Shown in pieces: positions 34,301 to 44,193 of a stretch of DNA of 64,000 nucleotides; the stretch's first letter is position 1, and each line of letters starts with the position of its first letter. The notes beneath the pieces were generated by a model. The model was given only the letters and a program-made list of their open reading frames with translations. It searched no databases and was not told the origin of the DNA. This DNA comes from Andalucia godoyi And28. Its lineage: Eukaryota > Protista > Jakobida. The translations under genes were made by a program, and so were the position numbers. The stretch lies in NCBI GenBank assembly GCA_009859145.1, contig VRVR01000005.1, positions 75,917 through 139,916 of the forward strand. Direction: 5' to 3'.

Positions 34301-36823
34301 GATGCAGTTCCAATCCTAGCGCAGCTTTCACAGATTGTTCCTTTTGATGCTTGCCATATCATCAGGCAGATAGCAGTTCACGATGATCTGAATGCGTTGA
34401 TAGTGAACATTGGGTTATTGAAGCATATCATGACTGCACTGATTGAAACACAGTACCTGGAGCAGCAGAAGGATGCATTGCGGGCCATCATTGCTATCGG
34501 ATTCACCGATATTGGTAAGGAAGCGGTCCGCAAGGTCGGTGCCATTCCCGTCATTGTGAAACTGTCTCGGCGGTCCGACCTTTTACGACCACTTGTTGCA
34601 CAGTCCCTGATGGTTCTCAGTTCCGATTCCGAAAATCGCATCGAGATCCGCCGCAGAAACGGGATTGACTTGCTGATTTCGATTCTGTCATCGGCCTCCG
34701 ACGTGCCGTCGCTCAGATTCGGTTCAGGAGCACTGCTTAACCTTTCCGTTAACGAAAAGAACAAGGAGCTTATTCGCGTCGCTGGCGGCCTCCCGGTGTT
34801 GTTGACGCTGGTTCTCCATTCCGATGCACATGTCCGTCAGTATGCGCTGCGAACGCTGTCAAATCTGATTCTTGTCTCGGCAAACGCTGCAGAATTGGCA
34901 GAGAGCCCTTTTGTGGAATCTGTTGTGAAGTGTTTGACAGACCAGGATGCTAATGTCGTTTCCTATGCTGCACGACTTCTTGCTCTCGCCTGCACAGAGG
35001 AGAGGCTCTTGAGTGCCATGATCATCGATGGCCTGACTTCCATATGTCTATTGCTGCAGCACACCAGCCCACGAGTTCTGGACGATGCTCTTGCACTTCT
35101 TCCTCAACTGTGCATGCATGAGGCGCCGCGGGAAGTCCTGTTCCGAGATGGGCATTTGCCCAAGATTGTGTCCATTCTGAAGGCCGTTATGTTGGATGAC
35201 AAACTCGAGTCGGCCGAAACGATTGCTTCTCGACGCGCTTCTACGTTGAGTATATTGTGCTACGTCAGCACCGTCCGCGAGGCTGTCCCGCAGCTGATCC
35301 GACTGGGCCTTCCGTCGATGTGCTTCCAATTGATGTACCACAGCTCCTCGTTTGGCGTGTACCCTCATCGGTTGGAAAGTATCTATCTGCTGGCAAATCT
35401 GTCTGTCGTTCCGGAGCTGTGTGCGGACATTCCCAATAACAGTCGTCTCTTGCAGGTTATTCAACTTTTTGAGGAGCCAGAAGCGCCAGTCGTTGCGGAA
35501 GCTGTCCGGTTCATGGGGAACGTAGTTCCCAACTCTTCGGTTCGTGCCATGTTTTACGGAATCGATGGACTGGCACGGTTGTACAGGTTGTTTACTCGAA
35601 AGGAGGTCTCCGTGATCCTGAACTGTGTCAAGTTGATTACCGAGCTAACAAAGGATATCGACGCGTTGCAGTCTGTGCTGCAAGCACCAGGGGTCCTGGA
35701 GTTGTTGGTTCGGTGTTTGCGTTATGGCAAGCCTGAATTGACAAGAGCTGTTCTTCAGTTCATTCGAAACAACATTTTCTTTGATCGCTTCCGAAACGAC
35801 ACTCTGGAACTCCAAATTATCGAGTGTCTTCTCGATCTTGTGGTGTTGGACGATCCTGTTATCCAGAAAGACACGCTGTCCACACTGCAGGCATACTGCG
35901 GGTATATTGATTGTCTAGACGAGTTCATCGGTGCCGGCGGTTTGGATGTGTTCGACGACCTTCTTGCACAGACTGCAGAGCAATCTTTCCAGAAACACCT
36001 CATGGATGTTCTGATCGAGGTCTCCAAGGTTTCCGAATTTCACGGCGACATTCTCCGACACCCCAAGGTGTTCTCCATCCTCGAGACGTGGAGTACGGAT
36101 GCCACGGGCCTGCAGATCCATATCCTGCGATTGTTGTGTTCTTTGGCTGCAAGCTCGAACGGGCGCGATGTGATTATCGACATGATTCCACAAAAGCTAT
36201 TGATGCATTTCATTGGCGAAGCGGTTGGCGACAAGCACGCGATGTCTCTTTCATTGTTTGCGAGAATCTGCTTTGACAGAGACTCTCTTCTGGAAATGGT
36301 CCATAATGGAGGCCTGCCGCTGTTCTTGTCCGCGCTGCGCAAGTCTGAGGATCCTGTGAAATTGCTGGTCCTCCGAACTCTGATATCGGTTGCGTCTTTC
36401 CCCGGAGGCGCAGCGCAGATTGCTCGTCGTGACGGCGTGAATGAAGTCTACCAGTGTCTCAACAAAGTATCTCCAGCGCTTCACAACCACGCGGTCTTGC
36501 TGATGTCCATCCTGTCCAACGATGCAACCGCATGCATGAAGGTCGCTTCCTACGACATGACGCTTTGCTTGCCGTATTCTCAGAGTGCTGAGGAGAAGGA
36601 CGCGATTGCAAATGTTGCAGAATTTGCGCTTCAGTTGATGTTTAACATTGCCAAGATTGCGCCTCGAGCGCTCAGCCCCGATCCCGTTCTTCAGTTCATC
36701 ATCAAGCACTACAATGAATCCTCAGAAGGAACACCCGCCGCATCGTACTCGGCCGAGGTCATCAAAACCCTCAAGTCGAACCCCGTCATGAATGCACGCA
36801 TCTCTGCATTTCTTCAAGCTTGA
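31367..36823 (+). CDS. Large coiled-coil plus armadillo-repeat protein (1818 aa)
   Basis: Coiled-coil N-half; C-half with ARM repeats (e.g. GAIPVIVKL, GIDLLISIL...GALLNLSVNEKNKELIRVAGGLPVLLTL, ALRTLSNL). Confidence 0.85.
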   Translation: MSHLLAMEQIRLVEAAFRQDMTFAADLGSCVSSIAPQVTSLRTAVGNNDPVNEQIVRDLLCKLSISCFRKLLFPNQSDLSFVVESRGRLDQLFQYLWDLYISSSQLLPELGRALQPVLDDMAKCEQCPEVVNVTFHAPSTVFNLEQNLKAFLQSIEAMQHVFADIQEKNMLPADNDGSDADHHHHRHHDVIHGDMSEAESTELERLRETVRTQEEEWKKIMNIIDRVIESTQFLAQEASPGRRESRVQTFLSRMDLLIAQHPGSPIGARARSPHGRPRSGSSSLDELTMWPQKEKKLQEEIRAREEQMDMKDSLIEQLNTDIAFLKTQIGNLQDEMHGRASLDPEAGDVERTNGSMASRSREYQSGLQSSSTNRNSSSLGGFIIPDDDDHNPDSAPAIRTSVSCLYSNATNEDRIVVSVSQSATPSALLREEDYVALCNRVQALQAENEQLQSSFGLIERYERQVQVLEYQSGDLRHQVESLQAELALYNKVCVDQAVQVAVGVRSRQIQTTQTMKLETEKDVLILNLQNNQREPADFIAVNLFAFEYLDHSLDTIRVSVSDVVQPAEYRRELYFKSLDIQTLEAQLSIHQENHDSQHVARSTSPSELVVDSKALIRSLKAENTLLSSQVASLKVSIVAHEKEIQEVTEKYEAKLKLYYDASSDVRKFDQHLSKMKTEVEEAASEKILELQKELSAVEEHHRTALERAAEKLNAEWKERMDAEHRLWSSLHRSSVPPSSKSVVPGTADSVALGVDYEALSVSNLENYTLQQRSPGGRPHSSPYVRNPRRPSDRPSSFSGYRRKIRNANGMEEEEVDDATNVDGLVSPIVAHPNSGSLLDDRSLAVSNQEHLRPSTTQSVFAEDMQHRVTAKTLLHRAFEVLGKIKTAVQSVSVSVDENKSVDDSIRKQRFVLKQTLKMLEDELVADATMSVTLSTPLSLTCLFDILAFDCPAFATAVGKLLKTVTISPEALSYIKRRGDAVPILAQLSQIVPFDACHIIRQIAVHDDLNALIVNIGLLKHIMTALIETQYLEQQKDALRAIIAIGFTDIGKEAVRKVGAIPVIVKLSRRSDLLRPLVAQSLMVLSSDSENRIEIRRRNGIDLLISILSSASDVPSLRFGSGALLNLSVNEKNKELIRVAGGLPVLLTLVLHSDAHVRQYALRTLSNLILVSANAAELAESPFVESVVKCLTDQDANVVSYAARLLALACTEERLLSAMIIDGLTSICLLLQHTSPRVLDDALALLPQLCMHEAPREVLFRDGHLPKIVSILKAVMLDDKLESAETIASRRASTLSILCYVSTVREAVPQLIRLGLPSMCFQLMYHSSSFGVYPHRLESIYLLANLSVVPELCADIPNNSRLLQVIQLFEEPEAPVVAEAVRFMGNVVPNSSVRAMFYGIDGLARLYRLFTRKEVSVILNCVKLITELTKDIDALQSVLQAPGVLELLVRCLRYGKPELTRAVLQFIRNNIFFDRFRNDTLELQIIECLLDLVVLDDPVIQKDTLSTLQAYCGYIDCLDEFIGAGGLDVFDDLLAQTAEQSFQKHLMDVLIEVSKVSEFHGDILRHPKVFSILETWSTDATGLQIHILRLLCSLAASSNGRDVIIDMIPQKLLMHFIGEAVGDKHAMSLSLFARICFDRDSLLEMVHNGGLPLFLSALRKSEDPVKLLVLRTLISVASFPGGAAQIARRDGVNEVYQCLNKVSPALHNHAVLLMSILSNDATACMKVASYDMTLCLPYSQSAEEKDAIANVAEFALQLMFNIAKIAPRALSPDPVLQFIIKHYNESSEGTPAASYSAEVIKTLKSNPVMNARISAFLQA

Positions 36824-37142
36824 TCATTGTCCATGCCTTGGCACTCTGTCTCTTGTTGTTCTTGTTCTGGTAAGTGTTGGTGCTGCTGCTGCTGTTCACC
36901 GCCACGTTTGTACATCTTGGTGCGAAGGATGTACTGTTTTTTTTTGTTGTGCGATCTCGATCATAAATTCCCTGTTCCAAAATGAAGAAGCAAGGAGGAG
37001 TTTGTTGCTGTGGGATGATGCGGGGCGCGGGAGGGAGAGAGAAGAAGGAGTATGAATCACAAAAGTGGAAAATGAACATTGATGAACAATTAAAATATTG
37101 ATTAACCCCTCTGCCCCAGTTCAGGCGTCTCAAGTCCTAACC

Positions 37143-37769
37143 TCACAAACCGTCCGCGTCACTCTTCAATGGAACGCGTGCATTCTTGTCTAAATGAAAG
37201 AATATCCACGACGTGAGTTCCCGGAATCGATCGTCTTCCGATGCCACCGAAGAAAGCACAAACTCCTTCGAGACTCCCGCATGTTCGGTCTTTGCAACGT
37301 CCTGAAATGCTTCAAATGCCCGTTTTGCGTCGAGCTGATCCGAGTCAAGAGCATCTGTCTTTGTAAACACAATCACCATAGGAACATTCCTGAGCTTGTC
37401 TTCCCCATTCCAAAGCCTCTGTGCGACATGCAGCTGCTCAGAAATCCTATCTGGCCGCGACACATCCACAACAAACAACACCATATGGCACGCATCGTAG
37501 TATGATTCCCACAGCGGACGAAGCGACGCGGCGCCTCCAACATCCCAAAACGTAAGCTCTGTTCCTCTGTGAAGCACACTCACCATATCAAGACCCATGG
37601 TAGGCTTTGGAGGATCCTTCAGAAGATCCGGTTTTGGAAGGGCCTGATAAACACACCGGATTCTCTCCAGAATGCTCGACTTTCCAGCTCCATCAATCCC
37701 GATGCACAAAATCTTGTACTCTCTACTCGGCCACAGCCACTCTGAAAGCCCTGAGCAAAGTGAATACAT
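37143..37769 (-). CDS. ARFRP1: ARF-related protein 1 (ARFRP1/yeast Arl3) small GTPase, atypical G3/G4 motifs
   Basis: MYSLCSGL N-terminus without Gly2, GIDGAGKS, PTMGL, FWDVGG, LWESYY, FVVD; 208 aa from ATG 37769. Confidence 0.82.
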   Translation of the reverse strand: MYSLCSGLSEWLWPSREYKILCIGIDGAGKSSILERIRCVYQALPKPDLLKDPPKPTMGLDMVSVLHRGTELTFWDVGGAASLRPLWESYYDACHMVLFVVDVSRPDRISEQLHVAQRLWNGEDKLRNVPMVIVFTKTDALDSDQLDAKRAFEAFQDVAKTEHAGVSKEFVLSSVASEDDRFRELTSWIFFHLDKNARVPLKSDADGL

Positions 37770-38395
37770 GACTCCTCCCCCAATTCTAATACAAATACGA
37801 TTGGATCTGTTCTTTTCCCGTTCTTCAGAATTCGCCCCACATCCAGCATAAGGAATTGAAGAACACAAAGAAGCACAAAGGAAAGGCTGCCACCGTCAAA
37901 TAATAACACGTCATTGTCATACAAACGGAAGGAAGCATACATAATCAATACTGGCCGACACTAGCACGTTTGTTTCACAGGGAATCCGTGCTTATGCACG
38001 CTCGGCCAGAATTCAGCTAGTGACAGAGGCTCTGCATTTTTGACACTCTTTAACGCAGCATCCGTAGCCATCTGTTCTATCATTCGTTGGTTCCACTTTT
38101 TTATTCAAATATGGATGTGAGTGCGCTGGGATGACGCATTGAGACCAGGGAAGAACTCGCGGGTGTGTCTGCATGTACTGCAGTTTTTTCGCCTTTTTTA
38201 ATTTTAATTTTATAATCTTTTGTTTTTACTATTTTTCGTCTTTATTTATATATATGTTTATTTTTCAATTCTTTGTTTTGCTGATTTGCTGAACAACAAC
38301 AACACCAGTGTACGTACGCACGTCACCCATACACACAGACATACGCTCGTACAGACGAGTTGCATTGTACAAAGGAACCGGAAAAGGGAAGGGAG

Positions 38396-38453
38396 CATCA
38401 TCATCATCATCAGCAGCAGCAGCAGAAGAAGAAGAAGAAGAAGAAGAAGAAGA
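38396..38453. repeat. (CAT)n(CAG)n(AAG)n compound trinucleotide microsatellite
   Basis: Direct reading; immediately upstream of the Fcf2 ATG. Confidence 0.95.
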
Positions 38454-38465
38454 AAAGGAAGAAAG

Positions 38466-39092
38466 ATGAGCGAGAGTGAATTGACAGCGAGTGTTTCCGA
38501 AAGTGAGTTGAAGAGTGCTTTGAGGTATGCGCGAGGAGTGGTTCATCGGCTTGAGAAGCAGGCGACGCCGGAGATTTTGCCGAGGACAGTGATTTTGGAA
38601 TCGTCGATTTCGAATTACACGACTGGAAAGCTGGTTTCTTCGACGCTGAAGAAGGCTGCCGAGGATCCATTGAGTGGGATTCGACGAGGGCATGGGGCTG
38701 AACAGGACGTGCAGAAGAAGAAGCGATGTTGGCATGAAATGAACAGTGTGGAATTGACCCCGGAGCTCAAAAAGGATCTCTTGGCACTGCAGCTTCGAAG
38801 TTATACAGACCCGAAGAAAGTGGGCCAGAAGAGAGACGAGCTTGCGAAGAAGCTTCCTGATCAGTTCCAGATTGGAACTGTTGTGGACGATGCGTATGAT
38901 CCGTTCAGAAGGCTGTCGAAAAGAGCGCGGGGTCAGTCGTTTGTCGATCAGTATGTGCAGGTGGATGATGTGAAGGAGTATGCCGGGAAGAAGTTCAAGG
39001 AGATCATGCAGGATCGGGCAAATACAAGAAAGAAGAGCGTTGCGAGAACTGCAAACGTCCAGAAACGGAAAGGCGGGTCGCATCGTAAGTAG
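38466..39092 (+). CDS. FCF2: Fcf2 / DNTTIP2 pre-rRNA processing protein
   Basis: WHEM...ELTPELKKDLLALQLRSYTDPK...PDQFQIGTVVD...RLSKRARGQSFVD matches the Fcf2 domain; 208 aa. Confidence 0.92.
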   Translation: MSESELTASVSESELKSALRYARGVVHRLEKQATPEILPRTVILESSISNYTTGKLVSSTLKKAAEDPLSGIRRGHGAEQDVQKKKRCWHEMNSVELTPELKKDLLALQLRSYTDPKKVGQKRDELAKKLPDQFQIGTVVDDAYDPFRRLSKRARGQSFVDQYVQVDDVKEYAGKKFKEIMQDRANTRKKSVARTANVQKRKGGSHRK

Positions 39093-39478
39093 CAGATTCC
39101 TCGCTTTTCTCGAGAAGTTGGAAGCTTCTTTGATTTGTTAATGATTATTTATGATGATTATTATTTTTGAAGGGTTTCATGGGTTTGTATCAGAAAAGAT
39201 ACTTAATGGGTACGTGTTGTCGTTCCTGTGCACGACCAGCTGGAAACTTTCCAGTGAACAAGTAGCACTCGGGGCAACAGAGCGGCTGCAAACGTGAACG
39301 AGGGAGTGGAGCAAGGCAGGAAAGGAAGCGGCGAAGCGAGGAGGCAATGGGTTCCATGCATGATGCGCAACGATAAACGAAAACTGAATACGCTCGAAGT
39401 AGTACATGCAAACAGGCAGAATACGGCAGAATAGTGAAAGGAAACGCCAAAGACTGCAAAATAAAAATAAAAATAAAA

Positions 39479-39510
<32 letters not shown>
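39479..39510. repeat. (TAA)n microsatellite
   Basis: About 10 units, direct reading. Confidence 0.95.
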
Positions 39511-39512
<2 letters not shown>

Positions 39513-39521
39513 TAAAAATTA

Positions 39522-41471
39522 TCAGTAAGGCCGTCGACCGGCCATTAACGCACTCGGGATTTGGATGGGCATCGAAGTGGCATAGATGGACAGTCCTGGA
39601 TTTTGCGACATGTCCGAAACATCCCAGTCTCCCGCATCCACAGATGCATCCTCGGTTGTCTTCGAGCGCGGAGCGTCATCGTCATCGTCATCATCAGAAG
39701 TCGAATCGTCATTGTTGGATACACCGTCCACTTGCCACATCGCAGGTGGAGCATACGTCCGAGCGACATTGTCTGTGCGACCAGCAGGCCCCTGCTTCTT
39801 GCGAACAATCCTCAGCGGCGCAAGGCGGGGAATCGGAGGACCCGTCGTGCGCGCGGAAACATCTTGAGCAGCAACAGAAACCGTTTCAGGCTTGCTTGGT
39901 TGCTCTTGTTCCGCATCGGAAGCATTGCTCATGTCCAGCTTTCGTCGGGCCTTCTGAGCAGAGCCAGGCGAACTGGATGCAGCGGCTTCATCAAGACGCT
40001 GTGAGACATGTGTCTTGGGAACAGACTGCAATTCCGATTCACTGCTGTCGAGTGCAGAGAGATCCATTGTTCCATGGTGCGGCTGCTGCGTCCCCAACTT
40101 CCCAAGCAGGCCATCTTCATCACAATTGTCAAGGTCCAGAGAATCCAACATGACACGCTGCGATTTGGCCATCTTTCTGAGCCCCGCAGACTCTTGGGTA
40201 GACGGAAGTGCACCAGCGCCCAAAGCAGCCACAGCCGCTGCGGCTTCAAACAACGGCTTGGGAACCACGGCCGGTTCGGGAGTCGGTCCTTCTTTGGACG
40301 ACAGTCTCTGTTGATTCTTGGAATTCGGCAGGCTGTTGTGACTACTCACAGTCTGCAACTCCTGCTTTTCTGCCTTGACCATCTTGTCCTTCTGCGAGGT
40401 CGACATTTCAACGGAATATGGAACTGTTGCAGTGGGAGGAGCCGAAGATTGGTAATACGCTGGTTTGACTTGCAACGGCGGCTGCGAATGATGCTGCGGA
40501 TGAAATTGCTGCTGATGGATGAACGCAGTCGAAGAAGAATTTGTTTGCGACGTTGACAAGAGCGTCTCCGTCAGCAGTCCAGATCCCCTTGTGGAAGTCC
40601 CAAAATCACCATGCTTGGGCAACGACGAAGGCTTTGACAAAGACGAGCTGGTAGATCCTATGCTACGTGCTATGTTCGCTCCGTGTTGCGATGCAGTTGC
40701 AGACGAGTCCTGTTGACCAGACCCTGTCAGCAAGCGTGCAGACTCTGCATCGTTGTGCTTCAATCTGAGAGAGACCAGCGCAGGATGCAGCCCTTCGACA
40801 CCGCAGACCTCCAAACTCTGTCGCCGAGTTGTCTCCAAAAACTCATTCAAGTCCACCGCACCACCTCCACTCGCGCCTTTCTTCGAAGGGGACAAGCTGG
40901 TCTTCTCTGACTTTAATCTGCATATCTCATTGTACAAGGAATCCCGCTCCTTGACACACTTCTGCTCCAAAACCAAGTACTTTGCCTTTTCCATCTGCTC
41001 AAAAGCCTTGATTCTCGCAACCATGTATGACTTTTCTTTCTCCAGAGCCTCGTCCAACTGTTTCTGCAGCGCAATCTGCACCGTCTTGTCCTCGAGCTGA
41101 CGGCAGTTCAGCGCACCTTGCAGCGCAGGATCGCACGCGTTCATCAGAATGTGAAACACGGAGGAATATACGGGAGAAGCACTGAGCTCGTGCAGAGAGT
41201 CCCGCGAGATTCTAAGCGATCCATCGACGTAGTAAGTGTTGTCTTCCTTCAGTGTGCAGCACAGAGTTGTTCTGCAATGCAAGCAATGGAACACTCGAAA
41301 CTCCGGGGTGAAAAACACGGAAAGCAAATCGCAGTGTGCAGCTTTGAATCCCATCAAATGAAGAGGCCCCGACACAGTCCGGCCAGGAAACGGAGTGTCT
41401 GCAAGCTCAACCGACGCATACGAAGAAAGCTGAATGCTGAGGTTCAAACATCTGCACGTAAACAAACTCAT
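39522..41471 (-). CDS. Hypothetical 649-aa protein, candidate PRAS40/Lobe-like
   Basis: Uninterrupted ORF; Cys-containing N-terminal domain (CRCLN...CLHC), coiled coil, long S/Q-rich disordered region, C-terminal WQVDG-acidic tract-YATSMPIQIP. CDS is secure; the family call is tentative. Confidence 0.75.
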   Translation of the reverse strand: MSLFTCRCLNLSIQLSSYASVELADTPFPGRTVSGPLHLMGFKAAHCDLLSVFFTPEFRVFHCLHCRTTLCCTLKEDNTYYVDGSLRISRDSLHELSASPVYSSVFHILMNACDPALQGALNCRQLEDKTVQIALQKQLDEALEKEKSYMVARIKAFEQMEKAKYLVLEQKCVKERDSLYNEICRLKSEKTSLSPSKKGASGGGAVDLNEFLETTRRQSLEVCGVEGLHPALVSLRLKHNDAESARLLTGSGQQDSSATASQHGANIARSIGSTSSSLSKPSSLPKHGDFGTSTRGSGLLTETLLSTSQTNSSSTAFIHQQQFHPQHHSQPPLQVKPAYYQSSAPPTATVPYSVEMSTSQKDKMVKAEKQELQTVSSHNSLPNSKNQQRLSSKEGPTPEPAVVPKPLFEAAAAVAALGAGALPSTQESAGLRKMAKSQRVMLDSLDLDNCDEDGLLGKLGTQQPHHGTMDLSALDSSESELQSVPKTHVSQRLDEAAASSSPGSAQKARRKLDMSNASDAEQEQPSKPETVSVAAQDVSARTTGPPIPRLAPLRIVRKKQGPAGRTDNVARTYAPPAMWQVDGVSNNDDSTSDDDDDDDAPRSKTTEDASVDAGDWDVSDMSQNPGLSIYATSMPIQIPSALMAGRRPY

Positions 41472-41547
41472 TCATCCAGACTCGCCACCCAAAGCCGGAC
41501 CCGAGCACACAAACGAACGAATACGACTCTTCAACAACACCAACACC

Positions 41548-41637
41548 CAACAACAACAACAACAGCAGCAGCAGCAGCAGCAGCAACAAACAAGAAGAAG
41601 AAAAACTGAAAAAAGGAATTACAAAGCAAAACAGGAT

Positions 41638-41703
<66 letters not shown>
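41548..41703. repeat. (CAA/CAG)n at 41548-41589 and (TAC)22 at 41638-41703
   Basis: Direct reading. Confidence 0.96.
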
Positions 41704-42082
41704 AAAGGAAGAGATCGGTTGAAAAAGAAGAGAACAACGTATATTTTTATCATGCAACAAAAACACGATCAAAAGGTTTGCGATAAAACCCCAACAACAG
41801 CATAGGAAATTACAGGGACACTTCCACCAAAGCAATGGTAGTGGTGACATTTGGGGAACACAAATAAACAAAACAAAACCAAAACCAAAAAATGGTCCGA
41901 CAAGAAGGGTTGTGGAATCACTTGATGCATCGTCTTTTCCTTTTTTAAAAATATAATATAGACATATTATCTCCTCGGGGGATTTGCTAAGCAGTGAATC
42001 GTTGGGCTGGGTTGCGCAATGGGCGTGTTTTTGGCAGCTGGCAGGGTGCGGTCGTGCGGTAGTTTGGGAGTTCGAGAAGGGA

Positions 42083-42751
42083 ATGCCAAAGTTGAATTCG
42101 ACGACGAGAATCTTGCGGTATCATGGAGCATCACTCCGAGCGTCGGATCGAGGAATCTTGGAATCGGCGACTGCGTGGTTCAATGACCGAGTACTGGCAT
42201 TTGGTCTGGAAGCTATTGCGCACGCATCGCCTATTGCTCCGTACGCGGAGAGCATTGCATTTCTGGAACCATCTGCTTCCTTCATGTTTTCTTTTCTGGA
42301 TTGTGAGTCCGTCAAGCTGCAGATCTCCCCTTTGAATCTTGGTGACATGAGCTTTGTCATTGTCCCAGTCAACGACAATGAAGACTTGGAGCTTGCGAAT
42401 GGTGGCTCGCATTGGTCTTTGCTTGCTCTGAACTGCAAAACTCACACGTTCTCGTACTTTGACTCTGGGTATGGGACCACAAACGAAAGAATTGCACGTT
42501 CTCTCGCTCGGGTACTGCATACCATACTGTTTCAGAATGACGCAGGACCGTCAGTCCAGTTTGTTGTGTGTGACGACTGTGCGAAACAGGAAAATAGCTT
42601 TGATTGCGGATTGCATCTCATCAACAATGCTCTGGCGTATCTGGCGAATGAATGCAGCCTGGCTGCAATCGCACCATCCGCTAGGTTCACGAGGAAATCC
42701 TTGCTGCAGATACTCGACGATCAGGCAGAACTGGTGCTTTTAGAAGAATGA
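42083..42751 (+). CDS. SENP8: NEDD8-specific protease SENP8/DEN1 (Ulp1/C48 family)
   Basis: ILRYHGASLRASD...WFNDRVLAF, PVNDN...GGSHWSLL, YFDS, QENSFDCG (His-Asp-Cys triad intact); 222 aa. Confidence 0.92.
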   Translation: MPKLNSTTRILRYHGASLRASDRGILESATAWFNDRVLAFGLEAIAHASPIAPYAESIAFLEPSASFMFSFLDCESVKLQISPLNLGDMSFVIVPVNDNEDLELANGGSHWSLLALNCKTHTFSYFDSGYGTTNERIARSLARVLHTILFQNDAGPSVQFVVCDDCAKQENSFDCGLHLINNALAYLANECSLAAIAPSARFTRKSLLQILDDQAELVLLEE

Positions 42752-43040
42752 CTGTCGTTCTGTTTTGCATGGTGTCACGTGGCTTCACTGCATCTTTAAT
42801 GCTTGCTTCCGGGTGCGCGTTCGGGCAGAGGTCGGATGTCGCAGTGGTCTCGATTGGTCGAAATGCAGCAGGGAGACATTCGCGGCTTCTCTATCGAAAC
42901 TTTGCCCCAGCCTCAAAGCGGCAGTAAGTGGTTGCAGGATAAAGAGGTGCGGGGGCGAGGTTTAGATTATTATTTTTGTTTTTTAATACTCGCGGACTGG
43001 AGCGTGAGCACCGGAGGGTGGAGATGGGTGAGATGTCTCG

Positions 43041-43883
43041 TTAATAAGTAGGTTCTTCGATGACTGGTCGGTTCATCATCTGCTCTTGCTTGAGATGTCC
43101 GGCTCGTGGAATGATTTCTGCCGCCTTGTTGATGAACATGTTCTTCATTTCCATTGCCATTTTCCTATTGTTTTCGTCGTCTAAAAAGTTCTTGACGCGA
43201 GGAATAAGCGGGAGAGAAAAGAGGAATGCCGTGAAGAAGAAGGACATTGCAAAGAACGAAAACGCGTTCAGGACATAGGAAAGCATCCAGACGATGCCCA
43301 AGAATTTGGCAGAAGCCTTCACATCCTTGACCATCACAACATTGACGACATTCTCGGCTGCGGCGGATAAGACATCAAGGATTCCGTTCGCAAGCAGTCC
43401 TGCATCTTCCTTGGAAACGATCTTTCGGATCGAAAATTGCTCTGCAGAAAGCGTCCGTTTCGTGATCTTGAAGTACACAGCAGAGATTGCAGAACCCCAG
43501 AATAGCATCGATGTCAGCAGCGAAGCCAGCGTCCAGTCATACAGTGCAAGAGTATAGAAGACCGACATGCAAAGTGCAAATGCTTTCCCGCTCTTTGACT
43601 TGTTTCTCCAATGGAACACATCGCGCAGCTCAACCAGCAATGGGTGCAAGACATCACGAGCACTTCGATCTTTCTGCTCCAGCGACAACAAGGGCGCGGA
43701 AATCGGGGACTTCGCCGCCACCATTGCTGGAGGAGAAGCCATCCCAACTGTAGCAGCAGTTGCGCGTTTGAAGAGCAATTGCTGGCCGTTGTTGCTGTTA
43801 TTATTGTTCAGTCCTCCCACATAAGCTGGAACTTGCACACTCGAACGAGGCGCGATGTTTTCCTTTAGAATTCCACGATCCAT
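43041..43883 (-). CDS. Reticulon-domain protein
   Basis: DVFHWRNKSKSG followed by two long hydrophobic segments, second hairpin WMLSYVLNAFSF...FSLP; 280 aa from ATG 43883. Confidence 0.88.
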   Translation of the reverse strand: MDRGILKENIAPRSSVQVPAYVGGLNNNNSNNGQQLLFKRATAATVGMASPPAMVAAKSPISAPLLSLEQKDRSARDVLHPLLVELRDVFHWRNKSKSGKAFALCMSVFYTLALYDWTLASLLTSMLFWGSAISAVYFKITKRTLSAEQFSIRKIVSKEDAGLLANGILDVLSAAAENVVNVVMVKDVKASAKFLGIVWMLSYVLNAFSFFAMSFFFTAFLFSLPLIPRVKNFLDDENNRKMAMEMKNMFINKAAEIIPRAGHLKQEQMMNRPVIEEPTY

Positions 43884-44193
43884 TGTTCCTATTCTTGTTT
43901 TTCTTATAAAGGACAAAAACGGGAAAATTAAAAATTAAAGAAAAAGAAAGAGCTGTGGTTTTTTTTTTTTTGTTGGTATTTTTCAACGTGCAGTACGGAA
44001 AAAAGGACCGTTAATTTTTTAATTAAAAAAAAAATGCAAAACCGGAGCGATGGTTCTACAGTCAGTGACAGTCGATGTCCGGAAAACCCGAAGTGTACCA
44101 TAAATAAACTAGAGTGGGTTTGGGGTTTGCTTCTTCTCAGCTCACTCATTTTTTCTTTCAACACAAAACGAGAGGGAGGGAAGGGAGAAGGAA

